DNA of 64,000 nt from Podarcis pityusensis (taxonomy: Eukaryota), in the NCBI GenBank assembly GCA_964106645.2, contig OZ067039.1. One strand, given 5' to 3'. The notes under the pieces are model-generated. The model did not search any database and was not told where the DNA came from. It was given only the letters and a program-made list of their open reading frames with translations. The stretch's first letter is position 1. Each line of letters opens with the position of its first letter. The position numbers were made by a program, and so were the translations under genes. Shown piece by piece: positions 1 through 8,809 of this stretch.

Positions 1-489
1 ACAAATGTATGGGGTAGTTGGTCTAAGTTGCTGGACAGTGTTGATGTTTGATGATAGCAAAATGCGTGACCATTTATGAAGGTTTTATATTTCTGGCTCC
101 TCAATATGTATATAGGAGATAATGCAGCGTGGTAAGAGTCTGTGAAACCAAGTGAGAAGTTTAATACAGAGTTGACCTTCAAAATAAATATGAAAAGGTT
201 ACTCCACCTGAGTCTGACATAAATTTTTGATTTTTAAAAATGATACTAAGCAAATGGCAAAGATAGCCAAGAAGCTGATAAATTGTGTTAAACACAGTCA
301 AGGATAAGTTAGAACTGAAAGTCAGGTTTCTGAAAGGTTATCACTTGCCTGAATACGTGTAGAAGTATTTTGGTGATAATACATCATTTCTGTTGCCTAG
401 GTCCTGGAAACTCATAGTTTCTGAAGAGAAGCTAGGAGATGTTCCTGGAAACTTAAAAGCGTTTTTATTTTTTATTTTTTTAAATGTAG

Positions 490-659
490 TCTATCTACTT
501 TGATGAACCAAATTCAGCAAGAGTGTGGAGCAGCAGCCCAGAAGGTTTACCTGATTGGGTCATGGGAGAGCTGGGGCAAAGTGATTCTAAAATGGATGAA
601 TCCTGGAAGGTATCTTTTAGAGAGGAGTCTGCTCTAGTAACCTCACCCCTTGGACACAG
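490..659 (+). CDS. CEP112: CEP112 internal coding exon (SIYFDEPNSARVWSSSPEGLPDWVMGELG...LGH)
   Basis: tgtag acceptor and gtatga donor. The translation matches my recall of vertebrate CEP112 (SIYFDEPN...SSPEGLPxWVxGEL). Ends in phase 2. Confidence 0.9.
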
Positions 660-2158
660 GTATGAAGTGCTTTGCTAATCTACATAAATATATCCAAAAC
701 GAGTAACACTGAAAAGAGACGCCTTTGAAGCATGTTAAAATATCACCTTGGCACTCATGCTAAGAAATTGTGCTTATAGTGTAAATAGCAGAGAAGGGCC
801 ATAAAAAGCCTGGCTTGCACATCACATTAAATTATAGTTGAAATGAACTGGTTTAATGTGAATGTGCATGCTGCTGATACCACTCCTTCCTCACACCTGC
901 TGATAAACTAAGCCATGGTCTGTCTTTGTGTTATATCTGAACCTGGACTCGTGGTTTATTCCTTGGCTTACTGCGGTAACCCAAGATTTGTTTTTGGATT
1001 GCTGCTTGTGGTTCATTTGGAGAGAAAGAAATCATGAGGCAGGGTCTGCACGTAACATTAAGCCAGACCATGGCTTTGTTCCCCAGTGGCGTGGCAGTGG
1101 TGGTGAGGGACGAGCAAAGTGCTTATGATTTCAGCAGCATGCATGATAAGAATGAGGTTCCTGTCTGCCTCATTGGGGCTTTTAATGATCTAGTGGGCAT
1201 GCAAAAACACGGTATTCTTTTTCTGCCCTCATTTGCTTATTCTAATTATGTAAAGCTCTTTATGATTCTCAATGGCTACCCCAATATTTGTAAACCTATT
1301 CCTAGAGAGGTCTGCCTTAGCACTCCCTTTCTCCCAATTCTTAAAATACTTTTTTATATACATTTAGAAAGCCTTTGGCCTGTCATATCACCCTGATTTT
1401 ATTATTTATTTTTCTTCTTTAATGCGACCAATGTCTTTGGTTGACAATATGGCACTTGAGTGTACACATGTTTCTGTGAAGGTCTTCCCTGGTGCCCACA
1501 GTGTCCCCTCCTCCCACTGAAATTAGGCTTCAAAGAAATAATAATTTGCTGTATGCACAGTGGCAGTGTGTGTCATACCCATGGCAGTTTTCTGGTTTGC
1601 AAATGTGCCAATGGGCCCCAGAAACAAAGACGACCCACCATGCAATAATGAGTGGAATGGTTTCACCAGTTATGGTACTTATTTTGTAGATTAGTTTTGA
1701 GTCTTAATTTAAGCCTTAGACATGTTTGCATGTTTAGCTTTTGGATTTATAGCTGGAGCAGAGTTTAGTGATCCAACTCCTATTGCTTGCTGCATTGTTT
1801 TCTATTGTTGCTGTGTTGTTGTTTTTTAAGGCTGAGTGTATTTTTCTATTTTTTGTTAGCTTCTATGGGCTCTACAGGAGGAAGTGTGGGGTATACAGTA
1901 ATTACAGATAATTGCTTCTTGTTGTAAATGAATTTGAGATCCTTCAAAAGGATAGCCGTTAAGGATCTTTTGATGTTGGAATTCGCTGTGCAACAGAATG
2001 ATAGTTTTTGCTTTTAACTTAGCTGGTGCCTGTAAACTCGGCTGCACAACTTGCTTTAGAGATTAACTTCTGTTATGCTTTCTGTCTATGCACCTTATTT
2101 GAATTGGAGACCATAGTTCAGGTATAATGCTAAATAATGCTTTAGTACTACGGTAAAC

Positions 2159-2536
2159 GGGACATGGGTGGCGCTGTGGTCTAAACCACTGAGCCTTTTG
2201 GGCTTGCTGATCAGAAGGTTGGTGGTTCGAATCCCCACAACGGGGTGAGCTCCCATTGCTCTTTCCCAGCTCCTGCCAACCTAGCAGTTCAAAAGCATAT
2301 CAATGCAAGTAGATAAATAGGTACCGCTGCAGCAGGAAGGTAAACGGCGTTTCCGTGTGCTCTGACACTCATCACGGTCCTCTGTGCATCAGTAGCAGTT
2401 TAGTTATGCTGGCCACATGACCCGGAAAGTTGTCTGTGGAAAACGCTGGCTCCCTCAGCCTGAAGAAAGATGAGCGCTGCAGCCCATAGTCACCTTTGAC
2501 TGGACTTAACCATCCAGGGGTCCTTTACCTTTACCG
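2159..2536 (+). mobile_element. Sauria SINE, full length
   Basis: tRNA-like head (gggacatgggtggcgctgtggtctaaacc...ggttcgaatccc), (ACCTTT)-type tail and flanking agtactac direct repeat. Three more copies occur in the window. Confidence 0.85.
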
Positions 2537-2682
2537 AGTACTACTGTGTGACAAAAGATTTCCCTTTGATTAAGCATAGTTTGACATTGTATCTGAACTG
2601 ACAAACTGATGTACAGTATGCTTAAAATCAGAAGCTGAAGCTGGTTTGTAACCCTGTTTTGAAAGGCAAGTGCAAATAATTA

Positions 2683-2923
2683 CAGTGGTACCTCGGGTTA
2701 CATATGCTTCAGGTTACATACGCTTCAGATTACACACTCCACTAACCCAGAAATAGTGCTTCAGGTTAAGAACTTTGCTTCAGGATAAGAACAGAAATTG
2801 GGTCCGGCGGAGCGGCAGCAGTGGGAGGCCCCATTAGCTAAAGTGGTGCTTCAGGTTAAGAACAGTTTCAGGCGAAAAACGGACCTCCGGAACGAATTAA
2901 GTACTTAACCCGAGGTACCACTG
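2683..2923 (+). mobile_element. Tc1/mariner (Tigger/pogo-like) MITE, family A
   Basis: TIRs cagtggtacctcgggtta / taacccgaggtaccactg flanked by TA. Internal gcttcaggtta repeats. Six copies in the window. Confidence 0.85.
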
Positions 2924-2997
2924 TATTTGCCAATTTGGATATAATAGCAAATTCTGACTTCTGCAAAGGAGGAAGTAGCTAGTTGGGAATATGATGT

Positions 2998-3759
2998 TGT
3001 CAGAGTTGCTTCCAGATCCTAGCTCACAGAGGATCACGCTAGCCAGCGATCATTAAATAAAAGTCTTTATTGAGTTACAGTTTCCATTCTCAAGCTGCTG
3101 CGTGCAACCCTACGTCTAATGGTTAGATCGGCGAAGCTCCATCTGAGTCTCCGCCCCTTGTACACCAACTTAATATCCTAGCCTTGCTCCACCTTTTCCG
3201 CCTGACTGTTCTTCTCTGGGTCCCTCTGCCCCCCGGGGTCTCTTCCTTCCGGGATTCCTCTGACGCTGACGCTGACCCCCCTGACTCTTCTCCCTCCTTT
3301 CGGCGGGCTTTAGGACCTGGCTCCCTTTCCGGGCTGCCTACTGCGCCACCTTCCTGTGCATTTGAACTTGGCGCGCGCGCCCAACCTTCCACTTTCCGTC
3401 TGACCGTTTCTTCGCTCCCCGATGGAGGTGTGGCCACTCCTGACTCGTGCCCTCCCCCCTGTTGTGAGCTGCCAGCGCTTGATCCCTGGCGCCCTTCCTC
3501 TTCCCTGCTCTCTGGCGGTGACGCTGGTCCCGATTTCCAACTGCTCCCCTCTGAGTCCCCTCTGGCTCTATCTTCCTGGGGTGTCCCCCTAGGCTCCCCC
3601 CTTGCCCTGGCCACTGGTGCTCCTTTCTGTGAATCTTCTGATTCACTGGAAAGACTCGGAGATCTCGGGTCGTCGTCATCACTCATCTTTTCTTCTGCCT
3701 CCTCCCCCTCGCTCTCTGTTTCCTCCCTTGCCCTTGCCTCTGCTCCTGAACCCCTGACA
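2998..3759 (-). repeat. 3' LTR (762 bp)
   Basis: Direct repeat of 8810-9565. Preceded on the - strand by the polypurine tract. AATAAA on the - strand at 3066-3071. Confidence 0.95.
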
Positions 3760-6700
3760 TCCATCCCCCCCTCGAAGCCCCCTCTTCCCCCCTCCCCTCC
3801 TTCCGGTGCGGGATCTGGGTGCTGCCGTGTCAGGGGGACGAATGTCGGATACAGTTCGCTTCCCGTGGCGGGCCGCCATCTGAAGTCTTCCGGTTCTTCC
3901 TCCCTGCTCTCGTTGACGACGGTCACCTCCGCTTCCATCTCTGTGCCGCCGTGCTCGAAACCCGGGTCGTCCCCGAAAACGTCCATGTCCGTCTCTCCCT
4001 CGTTGCCTTCTGGAGACGTTGCTCGTCCTGGACCCTCCAGCCACCTTCTGCGGAACTGCTCCTCTGGTCGATCATCCCACCAATACGAGGGTTCTGAAGC
4101 AGATCCCGAGGGTGACCCCTCCGGGGAACGGACGTCTCGTGTCGGTTCCTCGTCCGAGTCGAACCCCCGGAACGTGCTGGCTGAAAGCGTGGGCGTGAAA
4201 AGCCAGTCGTCGAAAAAGTCTGCTGGCATTGGCCTATGTGGGAAGAGGGCATGAAACTCTTCTTTGAGCAGAGGTTCGTCTAAAGCGTAGCCCGGCACCC
4301 AGCTGTTGGCACTGGCCGGGGTGCCCTCCTTGGCGAGAAGGTATTCTACCCCCTCTTCCCCCCATCTGGAGTCCAAAATCTCCGTGACTTCGTTGATGCG
4401 CTCCTCCTGTGCCACTCCCCCTTGCCCGGTTCTCTCTCGGAGCGGACCCGGTGCCGTTCCTGGTTCCTGAAACCTGTGAGGTGCCTTGTAGGGAGTGAGC
4501 ACCGATCTGTGGAACACCGGATGCATTCTGGAACCCTCCGGAAGAGCCAGCCTGAAAGCCACCGGGTTGACCTGTTCTTCGACTTGGTAGGGCCCCAGTT
4601 GTTTATGCCCTAGTTTCTTCTTCGCCAACGACCTGGCCGGCACTGCGTGGGCTGCTAACCAGACCCAGTCTCCCACATGGATCTCTTCGCCAACCCTTCT
4701 GTGTTTGTCCGCTTGTACCTTGTATGCGTGTTTAGCCAGCTCCAGGTGCCGCCGCAGCTGATCGTGGACTTCCTGCAACTCCGACGCGAATGCATCTGCT
4801 GTCTGCGGCTCCCCCTCCCCCATTCTTTCCAGTCCCGGGAAGGTTCTGGGGTGCCTCCCGTTGTTGGCGAAGAACGGCGTGACCCCCGTGGACACGTGCT
4901 TCGTGTTGTTGTAGGCGAACTCGGCGAGAGGCAGGTAATCCACCCACGTCGCAGGCTGTTGATTCGCATAACATCTCAGGTACTGCTGCATGATGGCATT
5001 GACCCGCTCCGCTTGCCCGTTGGTCTGCGGGTGTCTAGCCGACGCCAGGTTGATCTTGACGTTCAGGAAGCCCATCAGCCTCTGCCAGAAGTTCGAGATG
5101 AACTGTCGCCTTCGGTCGGACAGAATAGACCGCGGCAGACCGTGAACCTTGAACACGTGGTCTATGAACAGTTTGGCGGTTTGTTCCGCCGTGGCCACCT
5201 TCGCACACGGAATGAAATGTGCCATCTTGGAGAACAAGTCCACCACCACCAGCACAGCCGTCTTGCCCCTCGAGCTGGGCAGATCCGTGACAAAGTCCAG
5301 GGCCACTCTCTCCCATGGTTCGAACGGAGTTTGCAGCGGTTCCAGCAGTCCGGCCGGCGGTCTGTGCACTGGTTTGGCCCTCTGGCAGGTGTCACACCTC
5401 GCCACGTAGTCCGCGACTTCCCCTCTCATTCCAGGCCACCAGAAGTCTCTGGCTACTAATTCCACCGTCTTCTTCTTTCCAAAGTGCCCGGCAGTGGGCG
5501 CGTCGTGCAGCTGCTGCAGTACCTTGGCGCGAAGTTCGTCTCCCGGCACGTAGATGGCCCCTTTACGGATGAGCAAACCATCTCGCAGCTGGAACTCGTC
5601 GGTCGCTGCCGTGCCCCTGTGCACCTCTGCCATCTTTGCTTGCGCGAAGGAGTCATCCTGCAACGCTCGTCGCACCGCATCCAGGTCAACTGTTGCCGCC
5701 GCGCACGCCCACACTGTCGGTGCGAAGATGTGCATGGCGGCCGCTGGCGTTGCCTCCTCCAGATACTGTGGCTTACGGGAGAGAGCATCCGCCATGATGT
5801 TGGTGTCCCCCGGGACATACTCTATTCGGAAGTCGAAATTCGCAAAGAACTCAGCCCAACGTATCTGCCTCTGGTTCAGGAACTGTGCCGTGCGCCAGTG
5901 CTCTAGATTCTTGTGGTCCGTGCAGACCTGCACCGTGTGCTTGGCGCCGATCAGGAAGTGCCTCCACGCTTTGAACGCTGCATGAATGGCCAGCAACTCC
6001 CTGTCCCAGATGGTGTAGTTCTGTTCGGACTTGCTGAGCTTCCTTGAGTAAAACGCTCCCGGCCTCCAAACCCCCTGCGGGTCTTTCTGCAGCAGGACTG
6101 CTCCCACGGCTCTGTCCGAAGCGTCTGTCTCCACCCTCATCGGCCTGCTGGGGTTGACATGAAGCAGCTGCTCTTCCGACGCGAAGAGACGCTTGAGTGC
6201 CTGAAAGGACTGCTCCGCCTGCTCTGTCCAGATGAACTTCTTTTTCTTGGAGCTGAGCGTGTCCGTGATGGCCGCTGTCTGCATCGCAAAGCCTTTGATA
6301 AACTTGCGATAGAAGTTCGCGAAGCCGACAAACCGTTGGACCTCCTTCCGGTTGCGTGGGCTTTTCCAATCCAACACTGCTCGGACCTTGGCGCTGTCCA
6401 TGGCGAGCCCTTTATCAGACAACTTGTAGCCCAGGAAATCCACCTCCGTCACGTCGAATTGGCACTTCTCCAGCTTGGCGTAAAGCCTATGTTGCTGTAG
6501 CCTGCTCAGCACTTCCTTGACGTGTCTGTCATGCTCCTGCTGCGATTCCGAAAAGATCAGGATGTCATCCAAGAAACAGACGCACGTCTTGTAGAGGAGC
6601 CCCGCCAACACGTGATGCATGAAAGCTTGAAAAACGTGGGAGCCATTTTGCAATCCAAAAGGCATAACTCTATATTCGTAGGTGCCCAGGGGCGTGAACA

Positions 6701-7700
6701 TGGCTGTCTTCCACTCATCTCCTTCCCGCATGCGAATGAGGTTGTATGCCCCTCGCAGGTCCAACTTGGTGAACACTCTGCCCTTCCGTACCTTTGCGAG
6801 GAGGTCGTCGATTCGGGGCATGGGGAAGTCCGATGGCTTGGTCACACTGTTCAAGATGCGATAGTCCACTACAAGTCTTTTTTGGGGCGTGTCCCGCTTC
6901 TTAACAAAGAATACCGGACTGCCCCCCACTGCCTTGGACTCTCGGATGAAACCGCGCTCCAAATTATGATCTATGAACTCTTTGAGTTCCTGCAGTTCGT
7001 CCTCAGACATGGAATACAGCTTCCCTTTGGGCAGCGCCGCCCCCGGCAGCAGGTCAATTTTGCAGTCATATGGTCTGTGGGGGGGTAGCCTGTCTGCCTC
7101 CTTCTCGCAGAAAACCTCCAAAAATTCTGCGTACTTGTGGGGAACCGCTTGCAGCGTGCCTAGCTGCCGCTGTGACTCCTCTTCCTCTCCTTCCTGCCTG
7201 GGCACGATGCAGTGTTCAGCGCAAAAGGAAGAGCCGAAGGTCAGCTGCCTCTGGTACCAAGCCAGCGTCGGGCTGTGCTTGTCCAGCCAACTCATGCCCA
7301 ATACAATGGGCGTGTCCGATAGTTGAGTGACATTGAAGCTGATGATTTCCCTGTGATTCCCAAGTCGCATCACCATTGGTGGCGTCTGCTTCACCACTTG
7401 CCCCCCTAGCAGCTCCCTGCCATCCACCGTGACAACCTGCAGGGGCAGCGTGGCAGGCAGCAACTGTATAGCGTGCCGGTCGACAAAGTCCTGCCCTATA
7501 AAGTCCGCATTGCTTCCGGAGTCAATGGTGATTGGCACGTCCATGGTGATTCCATTGGGCAGCTGGAGCGACGCGGTGAGCCTCACTACTGGTTTGGGCG
7601 GGAGGGGGTCCATGGGCTGTAAAATCTCTGGGGACTGCTTCACTGACACGTCTGGCTGGGCCCCAGTGCCTCTTTCTCCAGCCAGACTCCGTCGTTTCCC
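3123..7700 (-). CDS. pol: Pol polyprotein (protease, RT, RNase H, integrase, GPY/F, degenerate chromodomain, long acidic C-terminal tail), expressed as a Gag-Pol -1 frameshift fusion
   Basis: Motifs: IDSGS (protease); LDLRGAY, MPFGL and FLDD (RT); TDAS (RNase H); H-H-C-C (LHDAPTAGH...CDTC) and D,D,E core (integrase); GPY...HPVFH; EILDSR...VEYL...NSW. The frame is open from the slip site at 7694-7700 to TAA at 3123-3125. Confidence 0.95.
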   Translation of the reverse strand, partial: GKRRSLAGERGTGAQPDVSVKQSPEILQPMDPLPPKPVVRLTASLQLPNGITMDVPITIDSGSNADFIGQDFVDRHAIQLLPATLPLQVVTVDGRELLGGQVVKQTPPMVMRLGNHREIISFNVTQLSDTPIVLGMSWLDKHSPTLAWYQRQLTFGSSFCAEHCIVPRQEGEEEESQRQLGTLQAVPHKYAEFLEVFCEKEADRLPPHRPYDCKIDLLPGAALPKGKLYSMSEDELQELKEFIDHNLERGFIRESKAVGGSPVFFVKKRDTPQKRLVVDYRILNSVTKPSDFPMPRIDDLLAKVRKGRVFTKLDLRGAYNLIRMREGDEWKTAMFTPLGTYEYRVMPFGLQNGSHVFQAFMHHVLAGLLYKTCVCFLDDILIFSESQQEHDRHVKEVLSRLQQHRLYAKLEKCQFDVTEVDFLGYKLSDKGLAMDSAKVRAVLDWKSPRNRKEVQRFVGFANFYRKFIKGFAMQTAAITDTLSSKKKKFIWTEQAEQSFQALKRLFASEEQLLHVNPSRPMRVETDASDRAVGAVLLQKDPQGVWRPGAFYSRKLSKSEQNYTIWDRELLAIHAAFKAWRHFLIGAKHTVQVCTDHKNLEHWRTAQFLNQRQIRWAEFFANFDFRIEYVPGDTNIMADALSRKPQYLEEATPAAAMHIFAPTVWACAAATVDLDAVRRALQDDSFAQAKMAEVHRGTAATDEFQLRDGLLIRKGAIYVPGDELRAKVLQQLHDAPTAGHFGKKKTVELVARDFWWPGMRGEVADYVARCDTCQRAKPVHRPPAGLLEPLQTPFEPWERVALDFVTDLPSSRGKTAVLVVVDLFSKMAHFIPCAKVATAEQTAKLFIDHVFKVHGLPRSILSDRRRQFISNFWQRLMGFLNVKINLASARHPQTNGQAERVNAIMQQYLRCYANQQPATWVDYLPLAEFAYNNTKHVSTGVTPFFANNGRHPRTFPGLERMGEGEPQTADAFASELQEVHDQLRRHLELAKHAYKVQADKHRRVGEEIHVGDWVWLAAHAVPARSLAKKKLGHKQLGPYQVEEQVNPVAFRLALPEGSRMHPVFHRSVLTPYKAPHRFQEPGTAPGPLRERTGQGGVAQEERINEVTEILDSRWGEEGVEYLLAKEGTPASANSWVPGYALDEPLLKEEFHALFPHRPMPADFFDDWLFTPTLSASTFRGFDSDEEPTRDVRSPEGSPSGSASEPSYWWDDRPEEQFRRRWLEGPGRATSPEGNEGETDMDVFGDDPGFEHGGTEMEAEVTVVNESREEEPEDFRWRPATGSELYPTFVPLTRQHPDPAPEGGEGGRGGFEGGMDVRGSGAEARAREETESEGEEAEEKMSDDDDPRSPSLSSESEDSQKGAPVARARGEPRGTPQEDRARGDSEGSSWKSGPASPPESREEEGRQGSSAGSSQQGGGHESGVATPPSGSEETVRRKVEGWARAPSSNAQEGGAVGSPEREPGPKARRKEGEESGGSASASEESRKEETPGGRGTQRRTVRRKRWSKARILSWCTRGGDSDGASPI
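3760..3773 (-). promoter_or_regulatory. Polypurine tract (GAGGGGGGGATGGA) abutting the 3' LTR
   Basis: Purine-rich run immediately 5' of the TGTCAG LTR start on the - strand. Confidence 0.8.
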
Positions 7701-8716
7701 TGCTGTGGTTGTCCTTGCTGCGTTGCTGCAGTTACCATTGCTGAGGCTGCAGTGTGCTTGTGGAGCCTCTGGGGACACTCTTTCGCCATATGCTGTGGAT
7801 CATCGCAGATGTAACACTTCCTGTTCCCTCTAGGAGGCTTCGCTTTCACTGCTGCCGGTGCTAGGGCTCTGGCTGCTGACTGAGCCCTTGCACCTCCAAC
7901 CTCCATAGGTTCCGCTCCTCCTCCTGGCGGAGGCGTGGATTGCGCACGCGCTGCTTCTCTGGGAAGGAAGGAGGAGCCCCTGGCTGGTTCGCGCCCTCCA
8001 CGCCCTTCGCCACTGCTCCACGGACGTTCTTCCAGCCGCACCCCCACCGCCAGCGCCCTCTGAACGATCTCCTGCGTGGTCCGGGGTCTCTCCCCCCTCG
8101 CAATTTCATCTTTAACCGAGCCGTGCAATCCCTCCCAAAACAGGTCTCTTACAGGAGCCGAATCTCTGTCCCATTCCAGAGCACTGACCAAAGCGAAAAA
8201 GCGGGCATGGTACTGCCTTACGCTGGCCCTCCCTTGCTTCAGTCCATGTATCTGCTGCCGAGCAAGATCCACGTCAATGCTTGATAAAAAGCACCCATCC
8301 ATCGCTTTAATAAAGGCATCCGCATTTTGGAGCGCCGGATCCTTATCTCTCCACAAATTGCGCAGCCATGCTTTAGCATCTCCATGCAAATGGGACATGA
8401 TGAATCCCACCTTCTCTTGCTCATCTCTAAAGTCTTTGTTCAGCAGTTGCAGTGCACACATTACATCTGCTCTAAAGTTGGGGTACTGTTGCAAATTCCC
8501 ATCGAAGTGAGAGACCAGACCGCCTGTTCGTCTCCCCAACCCAATCCCCTCCGGTTTGGGTGTCAGTTGCCCTTGCTTCGTAAGCACTTCCAACCTGACC
8601 TGGAGATCCCTGTAGGCGGCAGCTGCGTCCTCCTCTCTCTTCCTGGATGCAAGAGCCTCGGCATTCAGTCGCGACACTGCTTCTCTGAGTTCCGCTATCT
8701 GCTGTTCGGCCGTCAT
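7640..8716 (-). CDS. gag: Gag (358 aa from the first ATG) with CCHC zinc knuckle
   Basis: N-terminal coiled-coil-like stretch, capsid-like LKQG...VRQY...F...GL region, EPMEV motif, and CYICDDPQHMAKEC (CX2CX4HX4C). Confidence 0.93.
   Translation of the reverse strand: MTAEQQIAELREAVSRLNAEALASRKREEDAAAAYRDLQVRLEVLTKQGQLTPKPEGIGLGRRTGGLVSHFDGNLQQYPNFRADVMCALQLLNKDFRDEQEKVGFIMSHLHGDAKAWLRNLWRDKDPALQNADAFIKAMDGCFLSSIDVDLARQQIHGLKQGRASVRQYHARFFALVSALEWDRDSAPVRDLFWEGLHGSVKDEIARGERPRTTQEIVQRALAVGVRLEERPWSSGEGRGGREPARGSSFLPREAARAQSTPPPGGGAEPMEVGGARAQSAARALAPAAVKAKPPRGNRKCYICDDPQHMAKECPQRLHKHTAASAMVTAATQQGQPQQGNDGVWLEKEALGPSQTCQ
7641..7700 (-). promoter_or_regulatory. -1 ribosomal frameshift signal: G GGA AAC, 6-nt spacer, 10-bp stem / possible pseudoknot
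   Basis: The heptamer is in the correct gag phase (CAG GGA AAC). GTCTGGCTGG pairs perfectly with CCAGCCAGAC. The -1 frame is the pol ORF. Confidence 0.85.
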
Positions 8717-8797
8717 GTTGTCTGCCGTTCGTGAGCTCGCTAGTAGGCACCCGCTTTCTCTCCTCTCCGCGAGGCTGTAGATGCCCACAATTTATGG

Positions 8798-8807
8798 GAT
8801 GGAGCTT
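8798..8807 (-). promoter_or_regulatory. Putative self-priming primer-binding site (AAGCTCCATC)
   Basis: Lies 2 nt downstream of the 5' LTR and lacks the TGG of a tRNA PBS. Exactly complementary to GATGGAGCTT at 8955-8946, which lies about 32 nt downstream of a TATTAA box. Confidence 0.75.
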
Positions 8808-8809
8808 AC

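Noticed and set aside
2159-2245. tRNA-like A/B boxes (also at 14700-14780, 22550-22610, 58912-58990, 61065-61145)
   Set aside because: These are SINE heads, not tRNA genes.
2683-2923. Short repeated motifs with spacers resembling a CRISPR-like array
   Set aside because: Eukaryotic DNA. The motifs are internal repeats of a TIR-bounded MITE present in six copies.
3123-4230. Possible env gene in the 3' region of the retrotransposon
   Set aside because: No signal peptide, furin site with fusion peptide, or transmembrane helix. The sequence is hydrophilic, low-complexity and fused to pol.
7701-7778. ORF-track start of the 1551-aa pol protein
   Set aside because: It uses a non-ATG start upstream of the slippery site. 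Pol is better explained by -1 frameshifting at 7694-7700.
4422-8734. Many 60-260 aa ORFs overlapping gag/pol on both strands
   Set aside because: Shadow ORFs of GC-rich coding sequence, with no recognisable motifs.
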